Positions 8,320 through 17,791 of a stretch of 64,000 bases of DNA are shown here, piece after piece; the stretch's first letter is position 1, and each line of letters starts with the position of its first letter. The position numbers were made by a program, and so were the translations under genes. Under the pieces are notes generated by a model. The model did no database searches. It was not told the DNA's origin and saw nothing but the letters and a program-made list of their open reading frames with translations. Where the stretch lies: positions 64,001 through 128,000 of IMG/VR virus record IMGVR_UViG_3300031992_004563. The stretch is one strand, 5' to 3'. Source of the DNA: a virus (taxonomy: Duplodnaviria; Heunggongvirae; Uroviricota; Caudoviricetes).

Positions 8320-8793
8320 ATAAATTAATATTCGAGGGTCTACGAGTGAATTAACACGGAGAGCCAAACCAAAAACAACCGAGTAGGTTTGGAGAGAGTA
8401 GAGATGGTGTGGCGTAAGTGGACAGGTTGTAGTTTGTGATATGCCTAGAAGTGGTGGCCTGCTGGAAAATGGTGGCATGTAGAATATTGATTTTTAATTT
8501 TTTAATGTGAAGGATAACACAATAAAACCCTTGTTGCTAACATTCTTGGGCAGGTAATGAAAATGGCTAGGTGTATGACCGGTGACTTGGTGAAATTCCA
8601 ACATTCCTAGTGAAGAAAAATGATTCGCGGTTAATTTTTCTTAAAGGTCATTTTTAAATATAATCACGATACTAAGACGCGTACCGACGGGTCAGTTCCA
8701 GTATTCTGGTATAAAACTCTCATATATGTCCAAATATATTTTGGTGCACCTGAAGTTGGATGAAGAGAGGAACATTAGTATGTGTGGTTTTTT

Positions 8794-8865
8794 GCCCCGG
8801 TGGTGAAATGCATATCACGAGTGACTACGGATCACTTATTCTGGGTTGGAATCCCAGCTGGGGTA
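8794..8865 (+). tRNA. tRNA-Arg(ACG)
   Basis: AGTGA-CTACGGA-TCACT. Confidence 0.9.
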
Positions 8866-8925
8866 CTATAGAAACAAAGTTCATTTAGAGCCTATAATAA
8901 TTAAAATAATAAAACTATATTATAT

Positions 8926-9471
8926 ATGAGAATCGATTCATTAGAAAGCATCTGGAATAACTTGGGGTATGTTATTCAGAAACATAATGATTATAAAAAG
9001 ACTAAGAGAAATCTTAGAAAGCTGGTTTATAATTGTTCTCCAAAACATATGAAAGATGGTTCAATAAAAAACACTTTTATTGAAGTTGGATATCTTTATT
9101 TAACAAGTGCTGTTAAAGATGATTCTCAAGGTTTTGTATGGTTTGATTGTACTGATCATATTAATTATGATGAAGAACATAGAATTATATTCCCAACAAT
9201 GCCTGCACAATTTTGGGATAAATTAGTTGGAAAGCATAATACTAATATTGCTCAACTTTATAATGATAAAACAAAAGAATATTTGCATAAAGATTCTAAT
9301 ATAGAATGGAATATTGTAAAGGGCCAAGCATTATTTACTACAAGGCAAGAAGCAGAGGATTATATTAAACAATGTGAAAATGGTGAAATTGAGCTTCCTG
9401 AATTCTTTTTAAAAGTTGAAAGAGTTATGACTAATCCAACACGAGAAGATTATGAGAACATTGGAAAATAA
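8926..9471 (+). CDS. Hypothetical protein
   Basis: 181-aa ORF with phage-like composition. Confidence 0.8.
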   Translation: MRIDSLESIWNNLGYVIQKHNDYKKTKRNLRKLVYNCSPKHMKDGSIKNTFIEVGYLYLTSAVKDDSQGFVWFDCTDHINYDEEHRIIFPTMPAQFWDKLVGKHNTNIAQLYNDKTKEYLHKDSNIEWNIVKGQALFTTRQEAEDYIKQCENGEIELPEFFLKVERVMTNPTREDYENIGK

Positions 9472-9483
9472 ACAACAATAATT

Positions 9484-9723
9484 ATGGAACTTAAAGATAT
9501 TGTAAAAGGCCAAGCCGATTTATCTTGTGTAATTGCAGGAGGAATTGCTGAATATATTTTAACAGATATAAATGGAATCAAATATCAATTGCAAATTAAT
9601 TTGGCAGATAAACATGATGTTGGTGAAACTGCTACATTCCAAACACATTATGATAAAGCAATTATTTTAATGAGATGGATTCGTAGAGCAATTGAAAAAG
9701 ATGAATTAATTAAACTTAATTAA
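9484..9723 (+). CDS. Hypothetical protein
   Basis: 79-aa ORF in tandem with the previous gene. Confidence 0.75.
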   Translation: MELKDIVKGQADLSCVIAGGIAEYILTDINGIKYQLQINLADKHDVGETATFQTHYDKAIILMRWIRRAIEKDELIKLN

Positions 9724-9731
9724 TAATTCTT

Positions 9732-9804
9732 GAGCCGGTAGCTCAGATGGTAGAGCAGCAGACTCTTAATCTGCGGGCCGTGGGTTCGAGTCCCACCCGG
9801 CTCA
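9732..9804 (+). tRNA. tRNA-Lys(CTT)
   Basis: GCAGA-CTCTTAA-TCTGC. Confidence 0.95.
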
Positions 9805-9809
9805 CAAAT

Positions 9810-9883
9810 GGCGAGGTAGCTCAGTTGGTTAGAGCGCAGCATTCATAATGCTGAGGTCGTGGGATCGTGACCCTCCCTCGCTA
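9810..9883 (+). tRNA. tRNA-Met(CAT)
   Basis: CAGCA-TTCATAA-TGCTG. Confidence 0.88.
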
Positions 9884-9890
9884 CATAAAT

Positions 9891-9964
9891 ATCCTATTAG
9901 CCCAATCGGTAGAGGCAATAGTTTCAAAAACTATACAGTGTTGGTTCGAATCCAACATGGGATA
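9891..9964 (+). tRNA. tRNA-Leu(CAA), short variable arm
   Basis: ATAGT-TTCAAAA-ACTAT; GGTTCGAATCC T-arm. Confidence 0.8.
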
Positions 9965-10032
9965 CAAAAGATAAATGACATTTATGGTTATTGCACATCC
10001 AAAAAGCATGTATAAAAATAAAAATAAATGTT

Positions 10033-10359
10033 ATGAAGAAGATTTTTTTAATTATGTGTCTTCTATCATCATTTATCTTTTGTAATGCCGAACCTTCGTA
10101 TGAAAGTTCAACAAAAAAGGCAAAAGAATCACGCATAGAAGTGGTGAATGAGAAGACAGTTATTTTCAAAAATGTCGTAAAAATAGAAATAATTACTAAA
10201 GATAAAAATCAAATAACATATGTATATGATTTGAAAAACAGTAAATTAGTAATTGTTGCTAAAGGTGCATTTGAGATTGATACAAAAATGGGTGATTATT
10301 TAGTTCAATCTTCTAAGAAAATAACAAAAACCGAATATGATTTTATTGAAGAAATTTAA
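10033..10359 (+). CDS. Hypothetical protein with signal peptide
   Basis: MKKIFLIMCLLSSFIFCNA N-terminus. Confidence 0.7.
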   Translation: MKKIFLIMCLLSSFIFCNAEPSYESSTKKAKESRIEVVNEKTVIFKNVVKIEIITKDKNQITYVYDLKNSKLVIVAKGAFEIDTKMGDYLVQSSKKITKTEYDFIEEI

Positions 10360-10582
10360 TCATATTTATTTATGTTAAATATAATTAAATATATTTATGA
10401 ATAATTATATTTTTATATTTAACAAAATTTTTGAAATAAATATAAAAAGAAAATAATTTTTAAGAGGTGGTATCCTTAAAAACTATTTTTAGAAATATAA
10501 GTTATAATTATAAAGCATTTTAATGTTTTATTATACAAGATACCACTTTTAAGTATAATAATCATTTTAATGCTTTTATTTT

Positions 10583-11785
10583 ATGAAGTTAGTTGAACAA
10601 CATATTATAAAATCTAATCATTAGTTTTACAAAGAACTTGATAATTTATGCTTTTTATCTAAGAATCTATATAATCAAGCTCTTTATAGGATTAGACAAT
10701 AGTTTTTTGAAGATAAAACTTTTAAAAATTATTATGATTTAAATAGAGAGCTTCATGATGAAAACTAGATAGACTATAGATCACTTCCATCTAATACATC
10801 ACAAGAAACATTAAAACTAGTTAACCAAAATTATAAATCATTTTTCTAGAGTTTAAACAAACAAATTAAAGGCGTTAAAATTCCTAAATATTTAGATAAA
10901 ATTAAAGGAAGATAGATAGTTGTTTATAATTATTCAACAATATGTGGAAAAAAAGATTTAGGATTTTTTAAAATTCCAAAAACTAATTTACAATTTAAAA
11001 CTAAATAGAAAAATATTAAGCAAGTTAGAATAGTTCCTAAAAATAATTATATAGTTTTAGAAGTTATTTATGAAGCTTCTATCAAAGAATTATTAAAAGA
11101 TAATAAAAGATATATGTCTATTGATTTAGGAATTGATAATTTAGCTAGTTGTTCTAGTAATGTAACTAAATCTTTTATAATCAATGGAAAACCTGCCAAA
11201 TCAATAAATCAATATTATAATAAAAAGAAAGCTAATCTTCAATCTGAATTAAAACTTAAACAAAATAAAAATACATCAAAGCAAATATAGAATTTAACTT
11301 TAAAGAGAAACAATAAAATAAAAGATTATTTTCATAAAGCATCCAGATATATTGTTAATCAATTAGTTAACCAATCCATTAATACACTTATAATAGGAAA
11401 GAATGATGGATGGAAACAAGAGACAAATCTAGGTGTTGTTAATAATCAAAATTTTGTAAATATTCCTCATTAGATGTTTATAAATCAACTAAAATATAAA
11501 TGTCAATTAGAAGGAATAAATGTCATTGAACAAGAAGAAAGTTATACTAGCAAAGTAAGTTTTTTTGATAATGACTATATTCCAACTTATAAACAAAATG
11601 ATGAACTATTTAATCCATCTGGAAAAAGAATCAAAAGAGGTTTATATAAAACTAAAAATAATTTATTAATTAATGCTGATATAAATGGTTCATTAAACAT
11701 AATGAGAAAATATTTAAATGTAGTTTGTGATGACTTAATTAGTTTAACAAATAGAGGGTTTGTGATTAATCCAGTTAAAATTTAG
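10583..11785 (+). mobile_element. tnpB: IS200/IS605-family TnpB RNA-guided nuclease, 400 aa under code 15
   Basis: MKLVEQHIIK..SKNLYNQALY, SIDLGIDNL (RuvC-I), QEESYTS, NADINGSLNI; about 8 in-frame TAG; no tnpA; inverted repeat GTGGTATC/GATACCAC upstream. Confidence 0.9.
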
Positions 11786-11854
11786 TTTTAACAAATAAAA
11801 ACTTGTGAATAGTTTTTAATATCATTTGATTCCAAATGTATCAGAAATTTATAA

Positions 11855-12028
11855 GAATTTATGCAGTCCATCGCGCCCATTCCAAAAGATATAAGAGGTG
11901 AGGAAGTTCAGGACACTTATTTGGAAGTGAAAGTCTAAGTATAGGAGGTTACCCAAATTACTGCCCCATGGTAAGACGAATAGTTAAATGATGGAAATAG
12001 GTACAGAATCCTGGCTATTACATAATTC
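11855..12028 (+). ncRNA. rnpB: Minimal RNase P RNA
   Basis: GAGGAAGTTCAGGA (11900) and ACAGAATCCTGGCT (12003) match CR-I/CR-V and form P4 with a bulged U; termini GAATT(T)ATG/CATAATTC pair as P1. Confidence 0.8.
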
Positions 12029-12197
12029 ATATATTTAATAAAAATAAATGTTTAATAATTATGATACCAACATTAACAGTTTACATGCTAATTGCTATAC
12101 CTATTATCTATATAGCAATTAAAAAATAAATAAAATGGTGTTATAATTAAAATTTACAACACCATTTATTTTTATTTAAAATTAAAACCTAAACACA

Positions 12198-12596
12198 ATG
12201 AATTACAACATTCAAGAAAAGAAACACTATTTCATTGTAAATGGCGTTAAAGTTCATTGGAATTTTAAATTATTGCCTAAAGGTTTTGAAGCAATAACAT
12301 TATTTGGGCATGTTTATGATGTTCATCCAAAAAATGAATTAAAAACATTTTTAGAAACCTATTGGGGAAGAGTAATGGTTAATCATGAAAGAATTCATAT
12401 AATGCAAGCCGAATCTTTTAAACTTAGATATTTTGCATTTTATATAATATATCTATGGTGGTGGATAAAAGGTTTGTTTAAATATAATTTTAGTAATTTT
12501 GAATCATACTATAAAATTCCATTTGAAAGAGAAGCTTATCATAATGAAAAAGATTTTTATTATGATGAAGTACATTGGAAAGAATTTAAATGGTGA
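12198..12596 (+). CDS. Hypothetical protein with HExxH motif
   Basis: NHERIH..IPFEREAY. Confidence 0.75.
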   Translation: MNYNIQEKKHYFIVNGVKVHWNFKLLPKGFEAITLFGHVYDVHPKNELKTFLETYWGRVMVNHERIHIMQAESFKLRYFAFYIIYLWWWIKGLFKYNFSNFESYYKIPFEREAYHNEKDFYYDEVHWKEFKW

Positions 12597-12640
12597 TTTT
12601 TGTAATGGTCTTTACAAAAATGATCATTTATTTTTTATTT

Positions 12641-12715
12641 GCGGGTGTAGCTCAGTTAGCTTAGAGCGTCTGACTTCCAATCAGAAGGCCCTGGGTTGAA
12701 GTCCCAGTACCCGCA
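12641..12715 (+). tRNA. tRNA-Gly(TCC)
   Basis: TCTGA-CTTCCAA-TCAGA. Confidence 0.92.
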
Positions 12716-12800
12716 CGAATGTTAAGGTAGCGCCTTAACTAGTTGCAGTTATGAGATCGCGGAATCTGCAATGAATAAAAATAATAAAAGCCGCGTACAT

Positions 12801-12886
12801 GTCTCCGTAGCTCAGTTGGTTCCGCAAGGCTTGAGAGCACCCGCCTTTTAAGCGGGGGGTCGTGGGTTCGAATCCCACCGGGGACA
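12801..12886 (+). tRNA. tRNA-Lys(TTT) with enlarged D-loop
   Basis: CCCGC-CTTTTAA-GCGGG; D-loop carries a CC-GCAA-GG mini-hairpin. Confidence 0.88.
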
Positions 12887-13142
12887 CAAAAATCCAATTT
12901 AATTTGGTTGACTAAATTTCAATAAGAAATTCGCTACAAACACATAGCGTTACGATTGCTGTTTGACTTGAATATTCAAAACGAATATTAGATTTGTTAA
13001 TTAGATTAAATTAACACTATTTAGGACTATATTAGATTGCTATGAAAAATGAGTGATTCTAATGATATGGCGAGGAGTCCTTCACGAGGTCAGTGTTTTA
13101 GAGCCATATCTTATTTTTAATCTCAATACGCAAGTATATGAA

Positions 13143-13175
13143 AAAGGAGACTGGAATGAGTCTCCTTTATTTTTT
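13143..13175 (+). terminator. Intrinsic terminator
   Basis: AAAGGAGACT-GGAATG-AGTCTCCTTT then a T-run. Confidence 0.75.
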
Positions 13176-13189
13176 ATTTTTATTAAATT

Positions 13190-13240
13190 AACTTCTATTT
13201 TTTAGATTACATAAAAAATTATAATTTTGTATCGTTAATT
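13190..13240 (+). promoter_or_regulatory. Class 1 promoter (AACTTCTATTTTTTAG..TAATTTTG)
   Basis: Recurs at about 18766, 28379, 30038 and 61534; TAnnTTTG is the Bacteroidetes -7 element. Confidence 0.75.
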
Positions 13241-13257
13241 TAAAAAAGATAAAAATT

Positions 13258-14100
13258 ATGGCATTTATCAAAAATGAAAGTCCAAAAATTGGCGATTGGG
13301 TAATCACACAGAAATCACACTCTGCATGTGCTGGTACAATGACTAAAGGCAGTCGTGTAAAAATCACTGACGTTGATCCAATGAGAGGTTATTCAATTGT
13401 TGATGAGGAAGGAAATCGTCTTTGTGAAATTGGGTGGATAATTTAAAACATAAAATTATGGAAGGTTGGTTAGCACGAGATAAATCTGGTTCTTTATGTT
13501 TTTATATATATGAACCATATAAGTCAGCTGCTGGTTTTTGGAAGCCAGTTGAGGATGAACCATTAGGAAACCAAGTAGATGAATGTGAAGCATCTAAAAA
13601 TATTAAATGGGAAGATAATCGAGCCACTCATGTAAAAGTTAATTTTGAAATTTTGTAATAATATGAAAACATCTATTAGAAAAAATGCATATGCTGTTCC
13701 AAGTGGAAGTTGGGATATCGCTGAACGAGTTCATGTTTCCGGAAAACATGGACGTGATAGAAAACAACATTATCTTTCCAAACAAGCGCGTTTGGCTGTT
13801 AAAAATGGAAAGGTTGATGGTGTTGATCTTAAAAATATTGAGGAGTAAATAACTACAAAATAAATTTTAAAAATGGATTCAAAACGACAACAAGAAATTA
13901 AAAATGAAATGGCAGGCCGAATAATTGATGCCTGTGGTAGCACCGGGGTTTTAGCGGCAGTGGATAACGATAAACTGGAAGGCGATGTTAAAGTTCGTCA
14001 TCAGAAAGCTATGGCAGAAGCTAAAAAGCTTACCGGTCGAAAGAAACGAATTGATCCTAATGTTCAAGCAATATTTGCACGAATGTATGGATTAATTTAA
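13258..14100 (+). CDS. Four small hypothetical genes (13258-13446, ~13458-13658, ~13663-13848, 13873-14100)
   Basis: Tightly packed ORFs after a class 1 promoter. Confidence 0.7.
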
Positions 14101-14221
14101 AGCAAAGTAGACTTTTTCAGAAAATAGTCTATAATAAATAATAAGAATTAATTTTGTATAAGGTTTATTCAAAAGGTTGAATTTATATACCTTACAAAAT
14201 TTATTTTGATCTTTGATTTAT

Positions 14222-14309
14222 GGCGCGGTGGTGGAATTGGTATACACGAGGGACTTAAAATCCCTTGGGGGCCTATTGCTCCTTGAGAGTTCGAGTCTCT
14301 CCCGCGCTA
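14222..14309 (+). tRNA. tRNA-Leu(TAA)
   Basis: AGGGA-CTTAAAA-TCCCT; long variable arm. Confidence 0.93.
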
Positions 14310-14317
14310 CAATCATT

Positions 14318-14352
14318 AAAAGCTAGATGATTAATTTCATCTAGCTTTTTTC
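14318..14352 (+). terminator. Intrinsic terminator
   Basis: AAGCTAGATGA/TCATCTAGCTT followed by a T-run. Confidence 0.75.
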
Positions 14353-14356
14353 ATTA

Positions 14357-14384
14357 AACTATCTTTTATTTTTTTCATATAATA
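14357..14384 (+). promoter_or_regulatory. Class 2 promoter (AAACT-N16/17-TATAAT)
   Basis: Same spacing at 18717, 25613, 26691, 32639, 43178, 48639 and 60105, each upstream of a gene start. Confidence 0.65.
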
Positions 14385-14404
14385 TAAAAATTAATTTTAT
14401 ATTT

Positions 14405-14788
14405 ATGGATAGTTTAAAAGAAACTTTTGAAAAACACGGAATTTCTGCTAAAGAATTTGATGATTTTTTAAAAGGCAGATTGAATTTAGAAGTTATTAAA
14501 GATTTGAAAACATGTTGGGATAAACACGCATTAAGTTTTTATACTAAAAAGACATATAATGATTTTGAAGAATGCGTAAGAAATGCTCTAAATAGAATAG
14601 GATTAGGAGAGCATTCATTTGGTGTTGTTTGTGATGAAAGAAATAATCCGCCTGAAATTATAGATAGTCAAAAATTACGAGTGGCAATTAGATTTTGCGC
14701 ATTAATATATGGGTCATTTTATGAAACAGAATACACATTGCCAGATGCATTTGAACAATTAGAACTTAAAAAACATTTATTGGTATGA
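14405..14788 (+). CDS. Hypothetical protein
   Basis: 127-aa ORF. Confidence 0.75.
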   Translation: MDSLKETFEKHGISAKEFDDFLKGRLNLEVIKDLKTCWDKHALSFYTKKTYNDFEECVRNALNRIGLGEHSFGVVCDERNNPPEIIDSQKLRVAIRFCALIYGSFYETEYTLPDAFEQLELKKHLLV

Positions 14789-14936
14789 GAGGAGTTATTA
14801 CATTAACACAAGATGAGATTAAGAAGTTATATAAAACTATTAAAAAATGGAATGACCCATCTGCATTATTAAAATACTCTTCAGACAAAATAGAAATATT
14901 AATTGAAGATTTAGAAAATTATAAAACACATAAATT

Positions 14937-15272
14937 ATGAAATATAGAAAAAAACCTGTTATTATAGAAGCATTACAATGGAATTGTGATATGCTGCATA
15001 TAGATGAAATGATACATTTTTTAGGTTATTCTGATGATCTAAAATTTACATTTGAAAATGAGTATGAAATTGATACACCAACATTTAAAATGAAATTATG
15101 GCCAGATCCAGAATATACAAGTTTTAATAATGAAGTTACTTTAGATATTAAAACGCTTGAAGGATTAATGCATGTTAGCAAAGGTGACTATGTAATTAAA
15201 GGTGTAGAAGGAGAATATTATCCTTGTAAACCAGACATTTTTGAGAAAACATACGAAAAAGTTGATGAGTAA
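14937..15272 (+). CDS. Conserved phage protein
   Basis: MKYRKKPVIIEALQW..YPCKPDIFEKTY signature. Confidence 0.85.
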   Translation: MKYRKKPVIIEALQWNCDMLHIDEMIHFLGYSDDLKFTFENEYEIDTPTFKMKLWPDPEYTSFNNEVTLDIKTLEGLMHVSKGDYVIKGVEGEYYPCKPDIFEKTYEKVDE

Positions 15273-15747
15273 TAAACCAACAAATATTATTGATCGTGCT
15301 GACGAATATAGAGAATTATGGAGAACTAATCGTCAACAAGGATTTAGATTTGCCAGATTAGATTATGAAGATTTCAATTATTTTTTGAAAAAATCTGATT
15401 TAATAATGTGCAAAAGAAATAGTTTTAGAAAGAATAGTGAATTTTATGTATTAACATATGGATATGATAATTCTGGTGATATTCTTGCTGCAGCATGTGT
15501 TATTGAAAACCCTGAGCCAAGGAAACTATTTATAAAACTATTTGAAGTCTCTCCAAGTTTTTATAGGCAAGGCCTTGGAACTGATTTATTTACATGTATA
15601 AAGGATTTTAATCATGATAGATGGTACTATTGCACGTATGAATTAGAATCTCTTGATGATGAATCAACTGAATTTTGGAAAAAACTTGGGTTTAAAGAGT
15701 TTGTAAATGAAGAGGGTGAAATATTAATGTCAAAAACAACTGTATGA
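15265..15747 (+). CDS. GNAT acetyltransferase
   Basis: EVSPSFYRQGLGT acetyl-CoA motif; FWKKLGF. Confidence 0.8.
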   Translation: MSNKPTNIIDRADEYRELWRTNRQQGFRFARLDYEDFNYFLKKSDLIMCKRNSFRKNSEFYVLTYGYDNSGDILAAACVIENPEPRKLFIKLFEVSPSFYRQGLGTDLFTCIKDFNHDRWYYCTYELESLDDESTEFWKKLGFKEFVNEEGEILMSKTTV

Positions 15748-15965
15748 TAAAATGTGATTTATATTTACATGGAAGCAAAAAGTTTATAATAACTTTGTCA
15801 TTTTATGAAATTCCAAAAGTTAATGAATCAATTCATTTGGATGGATTTAATATGTATTATGTTACTGAAGTTAGACATGTATTTAGTTGTAAATATATTA
15901 ATAGTAACACAATTGAAACAATTACTGATGAAAGTGAAATACAAATATTTGTAAAAGAATTATGA
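15744..15965 (+). CDS. Hypothetical protein
   Basis: ATGA overlaps with both neighbours. Confidence 0.7.
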   Translation: MIKCDLYLHGSKKFIITLSFYEIPKVNESIHLDGFNMYYVTEVRHVFSCKYINSNTIETITDESEIQIFVKEL

Positions 15966-16342
15966 AGAAATTTATTATAGCTATAGATTTTGATGGTGTA
16001 ATTGCGCAAATTAACAAAGATTGGGTACCAGGTACACCAAACTATCCAGGACCACTTGTTGAAGATGCAGCAAAATATATTCGTCAATTACATAAAGATG
16101 GGCACCAAATAATTATTTGGACATGCCGTGGAGGACAAAATCTTTATTTAGCAGAACAATTCCTTGATGAACATAATATTCCATATGATAGAATCAATGA
16201 TAATGTTGATGGGTTTTATGATAGATTTAAACATAACACAAGAAAGGTTCATGCTGATATTTATATTGATGATAATCAGATAGGAGGCCTTCCTTCATGG
16301 GCAGAAATGTATGAAATAATAACAAATAAAAGTAAACAATAA
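15962..16342 (+). CDS. HAD-superfamily phosphatase
   Basis: IAIDFDG, IWTCR, ADIYIDD motifs. Confidence 0.88.
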   Translation: MKKFIIAIDFDGVIAQINKDWVPGTPNYPGPLVEDAAKYIRQLHKDGHQIIIWTCRGGQNLYLAEQFLDEHNIPYDRINDNVDGFYDRFKHNTRKVHADIYIDDNQIGGLPSWAEMYEIITNKSKQ

Positions 16343-16343
16343 T

Positions 16344-16616
16344 ATGAGAATAAAAGATTGTAAACATTATGCAGTTGTTAATATTTTTACTGCAACATCT
16401 GTTCTACAAGAACAAATTATGCGTGATGAACCATTTAATGAAGAGGCCGATGTATATGAAGAGAATGAACAGCCTGGGCTTAATGGCCATCAATTAACAT
16501 ATATTGGTTATATAAACATTAAGAATTCTTTTAATTTTTTTAAAAGTGAGCCAAATTCTTTTAAATTACATATTTTTGTAGATAATTATTGGGGTGTTTC
16601 ATCTGGTGAAAAATGA
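16344..16616 (+). CDS. Hypothetical protein
   Basis: 90-aa in-operon ORF. Confidence 0.7.
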   Translation: MRIKDCKHYAVVNIFTATSVLQEQIMRDEPFNEEADVYEENEQPGLNGHQLTYIGYINIKNSFNFFKSEPNSFKLHIFVDNYWGVSSGEK

Positions 16617-16631
16617 TTATGAAATTTAATT

Positions 16632-17729
16632 ATGGAATTATTTAAAGATGCATATTTCTCAAAGTCTGGAATGTTGGTTGGTAAAGAACTAGATCATTGT
16701 TTTGATTGTGCTTATTGTCGAGCACATAATGGTGAATTATTAAATTATACAAAATATTTACCAACAGATTTAAATCCTGATTTTACAAATATACCAGTAT
16801 TGGTTAATTTATTTTATGGTGATCCTACATTACAAACAGATGAAACTATTGATATTCTTGATAGATTAGAAAAAGCCGGACATGAAGGCCATATTGTTAT
16901 TATCACAAAAGGCGATATGAACAAATTAGCAAAAAATTGGTGGCCACTTAATATTCATTATGGAATTTCTACATTTGGAATTAACTCTAAATATGATGGT
17001 AGCACAATAGAACGGTTTGAGAAAAATTTAAACATTTGTAAAAATAATAAATTATCATATTCAATTGAGTTCAGACCTATAATCAAAAACATAAATGATT
17101 CTGATGAAGTATTCAATTATGTAGTAAGTGTAGCAAAGAAACACAATGTAGGAATTGGATATTGTGGTTTACAAGTTTCAGATGAAACTAGAGAGAGATT
17201 AAATCGTGAAGGTATTGTATTTGAGCCTTATAATGAAAAAGTTGGGTTTGGATTAAAGAAATTTATTTCAAAAGAACGTGATAATGCACTTAGAAATATT
17301 GCTCATAATAATGATGTAAATGTATTTAAGAAAACTTCGTGTCTAATTGCAACTGCAAATCATGTGCCTGATTATAATGCACATTATTATAGACCTAATG
17401 AAGTAGGTTGTCCTGATTGTCCAAATAAAAAGATATGTCAAGAATATAAAGACAATTTATTTAACAATCCGGACATTTGGAAACTAAGGGCAACAATTCC
17501 ATTTAAATTTGATTTGATTGATAAAGTTGATCATGTATGTACATTATATCAAAATGGATTGTGTCAATTTCCAAGCAATGATTGTATGCATATAACTGGT
17601 AAGATGATTAAAATAGATGATGAAATTACAACAACAGATGTAAGACTTATCAAATGGCTCACAGGATATACGGTAGACGCAAAATTTATTGAATCTCCTT
17701 ACATGAGTAAAGCATGGCTTAAAAAATAA
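16632..17729 (+). CDS. Radical-SAM-like Fe-S protein
   Basis: CFDCAYC, YGDP, IITKG, FRPII motifs; extra C-terminal Cys clusters. Confidence 0.65.
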   Translation: MELFKDAYFSKSGMLVGKELDHCFDCAYCRAHNGELLNYTKYLPTDLNPDFTNIPVLVNLFYGDPTLQTDETIDILDRLEKAGHEGHIVIITKGDMNKLAKNWWPLNIHYGISTFGINSKYDGSTIERFEKNLNICKNNKLSYSIEFRPIIKNINDSDEVFNYVVSVAKKHNVGIGYCGLQVSDETRERLNREGIVFEPYNEKVGFGLKKFISKERDNALRNIAHNNDVNVFKKTSCLIATANHVPDYNAHYYRPNEVGCPDCPNKKICQEYKDNLFNNPDIWKLRATIPFKFDLIDKVDHVCTLYQNGLCQFPSNDCMHITGKMIKIDDEITTTDVRLIKWLTGYTVDAKFIESPYMSKAWLKK

Positions 17730-17791
17730 AATGCAAATATATTATAAACTATATAAATTTATAAAATCTATAAAAATTAACAAACAAATTT

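Noticed and set aside
170-8478. Short track ORFs overlapping the tRNA island (170, 2618, 3755, 6096, 6458, 7045, 7672, 8293 etc.)
   Set aside because: They overlap tRNAs or structured RNAs and lack phage-like protein composition
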